DNA of 64,000 nt, taken from assembly GCA_951406725.2 (NCBI GenBank), contig OX597814.1, positions 187,860,001 through 187,924,000 of the forward strand. Reading direction: 5' to 3'. The notes under the pieces were generated by a model. The model saw nothing but the letters and a program-made list of their open reading frames with translations, was not told where the DNA came from and ran no database searches. This document shows positions 13,246 through 25,987 of the stretch, piece after piece. Source of the DNA: Octopus vulgaris. Lineage: Eukaryota. The position numbers were made by a program, and so were the translations under genes. Positions within the stretch are counted from its first letter, which is position 1, and each line of letters opens with the position of its first letter.

Positions 13246-14239
13246 TGGAATTATTGTATAGGTGCAGGAGTGGCTGTGTGGTAAGTAGCTTGTTTACCAA
13301 CCACATGGTTCCGGGCAAGTGTCTTCTACTATAGTCTCGGGCCGACCAAAGCCTTGTGAGTGGATTTGGTAGACGGAAACTGAAAGAAGCCCGTCGTATA
13401 TATGTATATATATATATACATGTGTGTGTGTTTGTGTGTCTGTGTTTGTCCCCCTAGCATTGCTTGACAACCGATGCTGGTGTGTTTATGTCCCCGTTAC
13501 TTAGCGGTTCGGCAAAAGTGACCGATAGAATAAGTACTGGGCTTACAAAAGAATAAGTCCTGGGGTCGATTGCTCGATTGAAGGCGGTGCTCCAGCATGG
13601 CCGCAGTCAAATGACTGAAACAAGTAAAAGAGTAAAGAGTAAAAGAGTGCTCAGGTGCACCACAACTTGTTCATTCTTCGTTATGAAACAAAAATAAGGG
13701 TTTCATCTTTGAAGACAATTTTCTATTTCTGCATGATTAAAATTTACTGGATCGATTAATAAAGAGCATAACGTACACCTTTTCATCAAAACTTGGAAGA
13801 AGTTCGTTAAAAAAAAAAAAAAAAGCAGTAAGTAAAGGGACATAACTCATTTACATATTCGTGTGGAGTTATACATTGTGGATACTAATTTTTCACTGCT
13901 AATAAAATATTTAGTTTAAAATCTTTTACAGCCAGCCTTTCCCTTTGCCTATGAAAGGCTTTTAAAATTTTTAATACCTTACACGTTATTATCTATAGCT
14001 TATCTGCTTTAAGATCCAACATTCCAAAATTATATGTATGTAAGTGTGCACATACGCGCATTCACATAATCACTCACATACATATGCATAATTAGTATGT
14101 TTAAATTTTATTGAATATCAATAAAAATTCGGTGAAAGTATTATCTATCAATAAATAAATAACAAAAATAACAATCAATTGTTTGTACGATGATACATAT
14201 TCAATATAAAATAATTTTCTGGAAAAATTAAATTGTCAA

Positions 14240-14320
14240 CGTACTAAGCGGCTTTGATAGTCAGTGCGCATGCGTAGCCCACGTAGCAGTAGAGACAATA
14301 TGGCTGCCGCAACGACAGCA
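14240..14320 (+). promoter_or_regulatory. Probable SEC16 promoter: NRF1-type and YY1-type motifs in a CpG-retaining, repeat-poor zone
   Basis: TGCGCATGCG at 14265-14274; AATATGGCTGCC at 14297-14308; CpG visibly more frequent over ~13.7-16.2 kb than in the flanks. Confidence 0.6.
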
Positions 14321-14641
14321 TTTATCATTGCGGTACATTTGATATATTTAGCTTAAAATGACTGTTATATTTTATCTATGAAGTTGTCAGGATCTTCTTG
14401 AGTGTATTAAATTTTTTTTCATTTATTCGATTTTATTTAAACTTTCGCTTTTGGGGGGGAAGCCGATAGTTTATCTCAGCTGACAACACCGTTTTTCTCG
14501 CCGTCTTTCATTAAACAAAATACTAAACCAGAAGTTCCAATATTGGTAAACTTTTTACTCTTACACGCGAGTAAAAAGGAGACGATAATTAATTAATTAG
14601 AGAGAAAACAATCTACACATACTAGGGAAATCGTCTATCAG
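14290..14641 (+). other. Putative non-coding first exon (5' UTR) of SEC16
   Basis: Consensus donor CAG|GTAAGT (GT at 14642) downstream of the promoter motifs; the coding exon starts with an acceptor 1 nt before ATG, so an upstream UTR exon must exist. Start is approximate. Confidence 0.5.
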
Positions 14642-15600
14642 GTAAGTATATTATGTCTACATCTCTGTCCGTTTGTTGTTATACGTGTAGGTGTGTAAAA
14701 GCGAACTGCCAAAGCCAACAGGTCGCCAATTTAAAAATACAATTCAAATTATTTATACATTGCAATATATTTCTGGTATTCTTGTCATATTTTCATTTAT
14801 ATATGTATCCGGAGATAACTGGAGAATGTAAGAAAAATATCATTTCACCCCCCACATGTTCTAATTTAATAATATAACAAATTACTGTTAATCTGTGTTA
14901 AAGCGCTATCTTCCACGTTGACATCTAGAAAGTCGTATCAGTGAATTATTCTCAGCTGTTAAGGACCTGAACGATTTCGTCGAATTCTTCATCCGTTTTA
15001 AAAAAAAAATTGATATATAAAAAAGGTGTGGTCGCAGTAAACACTGAAATAACGATCCTGTTTTTATTCACCATATGTGCATCTTGTGAATGTTATATTT
15101 TTTTTAAAGCTTAACTCATTTTTGAAAAAAAATTTCCAGCTATGGCCTTAAATCAGTGTTTAACAACGTGTGGGTGTGTATGTTTATGTATATATATGTA
15201 TACACACTCATACACGCTCTTTCTCTCTCTCTTTACACACACTCTCTCTTTCACACACACTCTTTCTCTCTCACACACATATTTAGATATATTAAAAAGG
15301 CAAAAATCAAGCACAAAACAAAATTGTTTACATCTGTCAAAACTTATAAGCTCAATGTCAGATTACTTAATCTTCTTATATATTAGATAATTTCACACTT
15401 CTGTGGTGTATTCGGTTTTAAGTAGCATGTCCGGTTTAGTTTCATCTCGATTCCATTAAGACTTGGCCCTGGATGAAACTGTTACGAAAAATAAATATAT
15501 AAATCAAAATTATAATTTCCCGATCTCCTTTTCCTACGGAGCGTAAGAGATGTCATTACTCCTTACTATATATATTCTTCTGTGTGATGTATACACAACA

Positions 15601-15657
<57 letters not shown>

Positions 15658-17089
15658 TTATTTTCAGATCTGCTGGTTGTGATTCAACCCTGAACGAGTG
15701 ATCAAAGTCATTCCAGCCATTATCATCCTGTCTTTTTCAATTCACAGCTACCTAGGTTTACATTATCTAATTTATCCTTATATTTTTCTTTAAAGATGGA
15801 AAGGAGATTTGTTTGTCTGCTATTTCAAGCAAATTGAGCGATCAAGTTGAGGCGTCTTCTGATAGTGGTTTGCATTTGTTATCGCTTAGTCTCCGCTTAG
15901 TATTGTAATCAAGGCAGACGTATCATCAAAGCCTTGACCAGCTGCTTCTCTTTTATTTTCTTTTACCTTTTTCACTCGTAGTAGTGTCTGGAAGTACATT
16001 ACCCGATGCATATTTCCTTATTGTTAAGAGAGCAGAGTGTGAGATTTGAAGGATTTCTACCAACTCGTGCGATCACATAGACGCTCCTTAGTTGGCTCAG
16101 CATTGATAATTCAGTTGTACCGACTGACTATAAAGCATATTGCTAATAACGATCATTATCGATACCGACTATGTGGATTTATCAACGTGTCACGTTGTTA
16201 ACCTAAATTTTCCATATTTTCTTTAAAAAACAAAGGAAGTTTGTGTGTACGTGTATGTATGTATGTATGTATGTATGTATGTATATATATATATATATAT
16301 ATATATAACATTAGTTATCTGCATTATATTGTAGTTTCGTATTAATCTCCTTCACAAATTAAATTTCAGTGGTGGAAAAATAAATATATAAATGCATTGA
16401 ATCATTTATAGATAATTAGAATTGGGTTTACTTTTCAAAGAAATATATAAGCCCTCTTTCACTTTTATCTCAAAATTGGTCTACTGAGGCAATTAGATGG
16501 TCTTTCAGATACAGTCAGTCATACCGTAGTGATTTGTCACTTCGGTTGTCATCAATCAAAATATTGTCTGGAGATTATATATATATATATATATATATGT
16601 GTGTATGTGTGTGTGTATGTATGTACATCATCGTCGTCGTTTAACGTCCGCTTTCCAAGCTGGCATGGGTTGGACGGTTTGACTGAGGGCTGGCAAGCCA
16701 GAAGGCTGTACCAGGCTTCAATCTGATCTGGCAACGTTTCTACAGCTGGATGCCCTTCCTTACCCCCAACTGCTCCGAGAGTGTAGTGGGTGCTTTTTGC
16801 GTGTCACTGGCACAAGGGCCATTCAGGCGGCACTGGCAATGATCACGCTCAAATGGTGCTTTTTACATGCTACCAGCAGAGGATGAGTCAGGCGGCACTG
16901 GCATCGACCACGCACGAATGGTGCTTTTTATGTCCCACTGGCACAGGTACCAATCAGGTGGTACTGTCATAGGTCATGACAATGACTCAACTTGACTCAA
17001 CAGGTCTTCACAAGTGCAGTTTATTGTTCAGTGATTGAAAGGTACTCTTAAATGGGCTGGTTATGCTGCACTGGCATAGGCCATTGTTA

Positions 17090-17295
17090 CGAACTCTCTT
17101 GGCTTGCTGGGTCTTCTCAAGCACAGCATATCTCCAAAGGTCATGGTCACTTGTCATCGCCTCTGTGAGGCCCAATGTTCAATGGTCGTGCTTCACCACC
17201 TCATCCCAGGTCTTCTTGAGTCTACCTCTTCCATAGGTTCCCTCTACTGCTAGAGTGTGACACTTTTTCACACAGCTGTCCTCATCCATATGCAA
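17090..17295 (-). mobile_element. RTE LINE 3' end
   Basis: Minus strand GRGRLKKTWDEVVKHD..LGLTEAMTSDHDLWRYAV. Confidence 0.7.
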
Positions 17296-17558
17296 AACCC
17301 CAAATAGGAATTAGTATACAGATAAAAAAAATTCAAAAAGCTTGTTAATGCTGATAAAGCGGTGACCACCTACATGGATTTTATATGTGTGTGCATATAT
17401 TTATGTATATATATTTATACACACACACGGCTTGGAAGCAGATGGGTGTGGCAACAGTAAGGGCATCCAGCCATAAAAAAACTCTGTTCCTATGTACTCT
17501 TGTCTAAACCATGTGAGCATAGAAAAGTAGATATTAAAATACTAACGGTGTTGATAAG

Positions 17559-17601
<43 letters not shown>

Positions 17602-17896
17602 AGGCGTAATGGCCCAGTGGTTAGGGCAGCGGACTCGCGGTTTCGATTCCCAGACCGGGTGTTGTGTGTATTTATTGAGCGAAAACACCTAAAGCTCCAC
17701 GAGGCTCCGGCAGGGGTTGGTGGCAGTCCCTGCTGTACTCTTTCGCCACAACTTTCTCTCACTCTTTCTTCTGTTGGCCTGCTCGCTTAGCCAGCGGGGT
17801 GGCGTTATTTGAAGGCTAAAACAATGCAAAGCGCATTGTGACCAGCGATGTGTAGCAACATCTGATAGTCTGGTCGGAAAAAAGAAAAAAAAAGAA

Positions 17897-17927
<31 letters not shown>

Positions 17928-18754
17928 GTGACAACTATTCGGTTGCCATAATAAAACTGAGTTTCGGATGTCGGGGCGCAAATCTGCTCCGGCATCTTGT
18001 CAGTTATTAAGACAAAAAAAATGCTATAAAAATGACCGTTAAACAAAGGGAAATTATTATGTAAATGACTGTTATTACGACAAACAAAAGAGTTATTAGA
18101 ATGACTGTTAAACAAAGGGAAAAACCCGAAGGGGAGAAAGTAAAAAATGCTCACAAAATTCGTGTATGCGTGCATGTACATACATACAGATGTGCACATG
18201 CACACCCACGTACATGTGCCTATATGCATATGCTCACTCACACTCGCATGAAACACATGCACACCCACCTACATGACTATATGTGTACATATATATGCAA
18301 CCATGCACATATACATATCCGCACATGCGCACAATTATATTCATATACACGTCTAAATACGCATATGCTCACTCATACTCGCGTGAAACACATGCATGCA
18401 CACACACACACACACATGCCTATATACATATATATGCAACCATACACGTGCACATATACATACCCGCACACACACACGTATATATACCCATACATATATG
18501 TCTATATATGCACATGCACAAAAAAATGCAGGGTGAAAGTTAATATACAGAATAAAATATGTTAAAATATATAAAGCAATAAAAATATGTAAAAAAAAAT
18601 CTATAGAGATAAAATGCTTGAACGTGCACACAATATAAAAAACAGGTTCTTAGGGAGACCAAAAACATAACAAATATTTAGCCATATGTGGACATGTTCC
18701 AAAAACTTCAGTTCTTGAATTTTGACATGTAGTGGGGTCTAAGCTGCTTTTCCA

Positions 18755-18900
18755 GATGAGCCTCTTTCCATATCACAAAGGCCGCACTTTCCACTGCTGT
18801 TGGTGTAAGGCTTCCACTTGGCTAAGATCTTCCAATGGATGTTGTAATTGACACCTTTTTCTTTTAAGGACCCTATATGACTGGATAATTTGGTTGTATG
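18755..18900 (-). mobile_element. Penelope-like element fragment (GIY-YIG-associated region)
   Basis: TKLSSHIGSLKEKGVNYNIHWKILAKWKPYTNSSGKCGLCDME fits the T.LS.H...LK..I.W.I....Y....C.LC..E pattern. Confidence 0.7.
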
Positions 18901-19059
18901 TCCAACCCATGTTAGCATGGAAAAACGGACATTAAATGATGATGATGATGAGATATATACATGTGTGTGTGTGTATGGTTTGGTAAATTCCTGGAATGAA
19001 ACTCTTAACCATTGTGTCACTCCTATAGCAATCTCAGCTAAAGATTCTAATTAACTTGA

Positions 19060-19712
19060 TTTCGAGCCGGGTCGTCTGCTGCTGGAGAGGACTGACCAGG
19101 TAAAGGACCTGGGTATCTTGGTGGATTCTTCCTTTTCGCCTTTGGCCCAGTGCGTCCATGCTGCCATATTCCTACCACTCTATGTCATGCTGGTGAGACC
19201 CATATTGGAGTACGGGATTCAAGCCTCTTCTCCTTATCTCCTCAAAGATATACAGCATCTTGAAAGAGTCCAGAAGCTGGCTATCCGAATGGTTCTTGGT
19301 TTAAGCATTTGTCTTATGAAGAAAGGCTGAAGACGCTCGACCTTTATTCTCTAGAAAAACGCCGATGCCGTGGTGATCTCATTCTTGCTTACAACATCAT
19401 AAGCGGAAGGTGTAACCTCTCGAAAGAGCTGTTCTTCATTCCTGCTCCAGAACGTCGGCTGTGGGGTCACTCCGAAAAGCTCTATCTGCGATGATTTCAT
19501 CTCAATCGAAGGAGAGGGGCTTTCTCCGTCCGGGTTGCGGATCCGTGGAATAAGCTGCCAGACGAGATAGTAAAGATGCCGACAACCGCTCGGTTCAAAG
19601 TCTCCCTTGACCACAAGAGGCCTGAACTCTTTACATGAACACCATCCTGTACATAACTCCATGTCCCCCTACATGGCCTTGCTTTTTGAGCCAAATAATT
19701 AACTAACTAACT
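19060..19712 (+). mobile_element. CR1-type LINE 3' fragment (third family), internally deleted
   Basis: QVKDLGILVD..LVRPILEYG..LERVQKLA..SYEERLKTLDLYSLEKRR.RGDLI..FSVRVADPWNKLP; (AACT)n tail. Confidence 0.88.
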
Positions 19713-20944
19713 GTATAGCTTATCCAAATGATTGGCAACTAAATTAAAGGCAGAGAACTATTAGGGTATTTGTTTCTATAGATCTTGGCCATTGATTGTT
19801 TTAATTTTACAAGTATCCCTTTTTTTCACTCTTTATTCTTATTACATTCTGGCACATTGTCTTTTTAATTTTTTTTTTTTTTTGACATTTTATTCACAGT
19901 AAGATGTTATATACACATACCCAACACTATTATCACCATCTTTGTATTTTTATAAATTTATTTCTAAAAAAGTTTGCAGCCAGATTAGATCAAAAATTCT
20001 CATACTCTTTTATATAACTTTCTTAGATTTCTTATCATAGCTATGTGAATTATATGCTCATAACTTAAAGCTAAAAATAACTTGAATTTATAGTTTTCTT
20101 TTAATTATAAATAGAAAATGCTTCTAAACATTCTTGATATTCATGTTTGCTTGTTAGGTATTGTCAGTTTTTATCTAAAAATTACGGTGAGAATCATTGT
20201 ATGAATAATATGCTAGAGCTTAGTGATAAAGGCATTTCTGCACGAATGAAATTAGTTGATTCTTGTTTAAAGTTTTGTATTGCTTATCTTTTTCATATCT
20301 GGCTGTTGCCTTAAACTTCACTATTGATTTAGACTTTTGTGTACAACAATAGATTTTTGGGCTTCTCTTGTATTTATTTTCCCAACATAACCTGGAGCTG
20401 AAGGAAATTTGATATTGATAGCAATGTGATGTTTATAGACAATTTGGTGATTTCTATCTTTGAACTGCTTTTGGCTGTGATAGTTTCAAAACATTGTTTT
20501 ACACAATCCTCACTTTGCTCAAAGCTTTGGAAGATGTGTCTGATGTCAATAAAAAGCCATTTTCATTCTGCAGTGAGGCTTGTATGTAAAAGAAATGGCT
20601 TTGTTTGAAAGTCACGTTGTTTACTTAGTATGTTTGTTAAAGAAACTTTACCAAATGTTTGAGAACTACAGGATTAACAATAAGAATTTCAAGCTTGCAA
20701 GGCAAAAGTAAAAAGAAGATATATATTTTGCAACAATTACTCACTTAATATTATCATCACATATTATCCTAGTTCCATACTCCTAAGGGTTGGACACTTT
20801 GACAGGATCCAGTGTGTCCAAGGATTGCAGTGTGCTCCTCTGTCTGTTTTGGCATGGTTTTTATGGCTTCATGTCTTTCCTACTGCCAGCCACTTTACAG
20901 AGAGTAGTGGGTGCTTTTTTGTGGTATGAACACTAGTGAGGTCA

Positions 20945-20979
<35 letters not shown>

Positions 20980-23379
20980 CACATTATATATATGTATGTA
21001 TATGTGTATTTATGTATATATGTATATATATATTTATATATAAGTATATATACATGTATGCCGTCCAACCCATGCTAGCATGGAAAACGGACGCTAAATG
21101 ATGATGATGATGATGATGATGATATAAATATATATGAGACTAAAATTCCCTTTGCCAAAGTGGGGCTACAGTAGAGAGGAACTTGACTATTTGCTAGGAG
21201 ATAAAGGATTAAATTATCAGAGAAGGGGCCAGAATGGAACAGGTTTCTTAAAGTAAAGGGGCTACATGGCTACATACATTATAGAAAAGAAGGTAGGAAT
21301 AATTGGAGTGGAGCTGTGGATAATAGTGTAGGTAGAAAGTAGTGAATTTATAATTTACAAATAAAATTGGAATTACTGTAATAGATAAAAAAAAAACCCT
21401 ACATGGTGCAGGCGTGGCTGTGTGGTAAGAAGCCTACTTCCCTACCACATGGTTCTGGTTTCAGTCCCACTGTGTGGCACCCTGGTGGGCTGACCAAAGC
21501 CTTGTGAATGGATTTGGTAGATGGAAACTGAAAGAAGCCTGTCATATATCTGTGTGTGTCTGTGCTTGTCTCCCATCACCACTTGACAACTAGTGCTGGT
21601 GTGTTTATGTCCCTTGTAACTTAGCGGTTCAGCAAAATATACTGATAGATAATAAGTACTAGACTTTAAAAAAAAAAAGGACTGGAGTTAGTCAATTTAG
21701 TTGGCTAAAAATTCTTCAAGCATGGCTGAAGTCTAGACAGAAACAAGTAAAAGATAAAAGATGGTTACATTAAAAAATTTTTTTGATATCAAAAGAAATA
21801 ATTTTTTCCTGTAAAGTAATTTTTATTATTAATAATAACTTGAAGGTGGTGAGTGGCAGAAATGAATCATCTTGTGGTATTCAGTTGCGACCCTTTGTTC
21901 TAACTTCATATCCTACCTAAGTTGACTCTTTTTTATCCTTCTGGGACCAATAAAACTAGGACTATCAGGTACTGGAGTTGATTAAAAGTGACTTGTATTT
22001 TTGTACCAAATCATTACCTATAATGAATGTTCTTGTTGGCTCTGCTGCTTGTTGTCATGTGTTTAAAAAATATTTCATTGTAAGAAATTTAACCTTATAG
22101 AAATTCTATTTCTGATCTGGATTGTTGAAATATATTCAAGTGGGATCCACAGTGGATTAATGTGCCCATAATGAAGTAATGCTCACATCCAAGGAAGAGC
22201 CACTCTACAAATTGACATTCAATCACTAACAGATACCACCCCTACCTCTGGTCCACAGACATACTGTCTTTTCTATCATTACTAATGGCCTCTTGTGAAG
22301 GCGCATGGCTCAGTGGTTAGAGTGCCGAGCTTACGATCGTGAGGTTGTGAGCTCGAATCCCAGACCGGGCTGTGTGTTGTGTTTTTGAGCAAGACACTTT
22401 ATTTCACATTGCTCCAGTTCATTCAGCTGTAGAAATGAGTTGCAACGTCACAGGTGCCAAGCTGTATTGGCCCTTGCCTTTCCCTTGAATAACACTGGTG
22501 GCATGGAGAGGAGAGGTCAGTATGCATGGGCGACTGCTGGTTTTCCATAAACAACCTTGCCCAGACTTATGCCTGGGAGGGTATCTTTCTAGGTGCAATC
22601 CCATGGTCAGTGTTGTGATTGAAGGGGGTCTCAGAATGGCCTCTAATCTTCAGAGCTGATTAATCTCAAAGCACCCGCCACCTCATATTACCCTTGTTGC
22701 ATCCAGCACTCCTGGCCCTGCACTAACCACTTTTCTCAGTTCCTTCTCTCTAGAACATCTGTCCACTGGAATCTCCCCCTTGCTCATGCTTTCCTGCAGG
22801 TGTTGACCTGGAAGAGTTTGAATGGAATATTAGCTGCATTAACCTTATCTATCTCTGAAGGCATCCCAGTGCCATCGCTCCTGCCTTCAGACTCAGTAAG
22901 TAAAGTAAAAAAAACCAAAAAAAAAAACCCAGAAACAAAATATGACACTTTTCCTTTCAAAACTGAAAACCAAAAGTTTTCTAATCAACTATCTTCCAGA
23001 TATTTTAAAGCAATTTCAAGATATTGTTTTTTTTTCTTTCCTAAATACTAAATTTATAAGCAAAAGAACATATAGCTTATAGATGCTATATTTTTGATAT
23101 TTTATTCTCATAATTGGGTGAAAGTTAAGGCCAACTTTTGCAAGATTGGAGCTCAACAATTAAAAAAAAATCCCCAAACTGGAATTAAAAATTGAATTGT
23201 AATAGAGTTTCTGGAAATACTGAATCTATTTTTGTTTTATTGAAACAGTTGCAAATATCATGGAAATTTATGATGTTCCATATATATGTATATTATATAT
23301 ACATAATGAACATATTGTCGATCTCTGAATGGAGTCCATTCTGTGAGTGAAGGTCACTAATAAGTAGAAGTATAGGAGA

Positions 23380-23816
23380 GCAAAAGGGACTCATTGTGTT
23401 CAGAATAGTTGGAGATGGAAATTTTGTGCTGATAAAAATATAGTAATGGATTTAACAATAGATGTCTTTCAGGGCTCAACTCTCATCCTTTTCCTATTTA
23501 TTATAGCCCTTTTGACTATAACTGAGGGTCTATGTTTTGGCTGCCTGTGGAATTTCTATAGAATTAGAGAAGAAATTCCATATGTGGGGGAAAAAAAATT
23601 CTAAAATCAAGTGGATTTAAAGTAAACTTAACAAAGGGCAAAAGTTTAGTAAGTAGGAGTGGCTGTGTGGTAAGTAGCTTGCTTACAAACCACATGGTTC
23701 CGGATTCAGTCCCACTGCGAAGCACCTTAGACAAGCATCTTCTACTATAGCCTTGGGTTGACCAAAGCCTTGTAAGTGGATTTGGTTGACGGAAACTGAA
23801 AGAAGCCCATCATATG

Positions 23817-23853
<37 letters not shown>

Positions 23854-25030
23854 ATACGTTTGTGTCTGTGTTTGTCCTCCCAACATCGCTTGACAATGAT
23901 GGTGTGTTTACGTCCCTGTAACTTAGCGGTTCGGCAAAAGTGACCGATAGAATAAGTACTAGGCTTACAAAGAATAAGTCTTGGTTGATTTGCTCGACTG
24001 AAGGCAGTGCTCCAGCATGGCCACAGTCAAATGACTGAAACAAATAAAAGAGTAAAAAAGAGAGCAAAGAGACAAGACAAATCCTTGCTGCTCTCAGAGA
24101 AATGGCTGTACTTGGTATGCAGAAAAGGAGTAAGTGGAAATTCTATATGTTGTACTCAAGAGGTGTAGTGGGATCACAGGCTGAGTCACATAGAACATTA
24201 ACTTCCTCTCTGAGCAGATGTATAGGATTAGTCAGCAGTGAGAGTATATGAGAAAGAGATACTTTCAAATAACTGGAAGGCTCCCTTGAAATAGTTGATG
24301 ACTTTTGTTACCTAGGTGGCCTAATTAGTAGTGGAGGTAGAATGTTCTGAAAGCATAATAGCCAGAATAAGGTTGGGTTGGCAAAAGTTCAAGGGGGGGG
24401 GGGAGCTATTACTTTTACTTGTAGCAAAGTGTTTCTCTTTCAGACGAAGGGCTTATTGTACAATGTTGTTGTTGTTTGTTCCTTCTCGAGCCATGCCTGG
24501 CTCATAAGGGCTGGTTTCCCGGTTTCCTTAGTGTATAGGTTCCCCACCTGGACAGGACGCTGGTCCGTCGCAGGTGAGCTGCAAGATGCAGGAGGAAAGA
24601 GTGAGAGAAAGTTGTGGCGAAAGAGTCAGCAGAAGTTCGCCATTACCTTCTGCCGGAGCCGCGTGGAGCTTAGGTGTTTTCGCTCATAAACACACACATC
24701 ACCCGGTCTGAGATTCGAACCCGCGATCCCTCGACTGCAAGTCTGCTGCTCTAACCACTAGGCCATGTATAATGCTTGTGTATGAAATACGATGCTATGT
24801 GGTGGCAAAATCTAGGCCTTGAATCTGAAGGGTATGTGAAAGTAAGAAATAAATGATATATGCTACATGATATGTAATGCTAGTGTGCATGGTCAACAAA
24901 GCACAAATGAGTTGAGAGGAAAAGATAGATAGAATAGGAATTGGATGTGCAAGAGAGAAGAATGCCCTGGTATGGACAATTGTATAATGAAGTACTTGGA
25001 GTTTGTGGAAGAGGAACCTGGGAGAGTATG
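23380..25030 (+). mobile_element. Degraded RTE LINE RT region, interrupted by two SINEs
   Basis: FQGSTLILFLFII (~23.47 kb), CRKGVSGNSICCTQ..KRCSGITG (~24.12 kb), LEIVDDFCYLG (~24.29 kb). Confidence 0.7.
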
Positions 25031-25863
25031 GAATGAAGTGACAAATATTGCGGCTAGTGGCAACACATGTCCTTAGAAAAGACATGCTCTGCAAAACAGA
25101 TGTTAAAATGGTGGTTGTAATTGAAGTTATGATGCATATTTGCATTTACATGTCTTACACACTGTCCTGTTAAACTTCCATCTGCTCGCCTCTCCTATTT
25201 TGTGATTCTCTCTTCTGTCATACACAACCTCTCTACTATAACGTACCAAGGTCTCCTATATAACAATGTCATTGTGGCTTATTCCCCACTCTTACCATTA
25301 TCCTTTTATCAGTTATCATTCTACTCTCCCAACACACTGCCTGTGTAATGAGGGGATGGTATTGGATCTGACTATTAATGGTTCCTGTCACCCTTCTTTG
25401 TTGTTAGTTATCACTCTCTTTCTCTCCTGCTATCCCCCCCCCCTTATTTCTCATCATTGACACCCACTGCACCTATCTTTATTGCTATCCCCTCCCCCCC
25501 CGGCACACTCGCTCCCCATTGCTCTCATTTCCATTACTCCCCCTTCCTTTACCTCCTTCCTGTCATACATCCTCCACCATGCCATTCAAACTGTTTTTCT
25601 GTTTAATCTTCTTACAACTATCATGTAACTGCCTATAACTATCTCTCTTCTATTACTACATCCTTTTTTTACCCTCACTCATTGTGAACGGCTCTTCTGT
25701 TTCACTTTGCCTTTGAATCTCTCTGCTACTCACTTCTTGGTTATATTGTTTTGAACAAGTGGAGATAATTTGTTTTGCTGAGGACAAGACAACTTCTTTG
25801 TTGCTGGCTCAGTGATAAAACAAACCCATAGTACTCTATAAAGGGATTGGCATTAGGAAGGAC

Positions 25864-25987
25864 CGCTGGAATAAGGAGCGGTTGTTAGCCTCAAATCACC
25901 AGGCCTGGTCGGCGTTTGTGAGAGATGCAGCATTGAGGATGAATGAAGCCAGCTCAACTCACCCCGGGTGAATGCTGTCAAGTCAGT
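25864..25987 (+). mobile_element. Severely 5'-truncated RTE-like 3' end with 13-bp TSD
   Basis: CATTAGGAAGGAC at 25851-25863 and 25988-26000; insert reads LASNHQAWSAFVRDA and ends in a short gtcaagtcagt tail. Confidence 0.65.

Noticed and set aside
17600-17680. tRNA genes (also 22298, 37201, 51560)
   Set aside because: These are tRNA-derived SINE heads continuing into SINE bodies; no complete cloverleaf.
17816-18631. Long ORFs rich in H/T/Y/I/C/V (also 10642, 50698, 53990)
   Set aside because: Translations of (CA)n/(TA)n microsatellites and SINEs.
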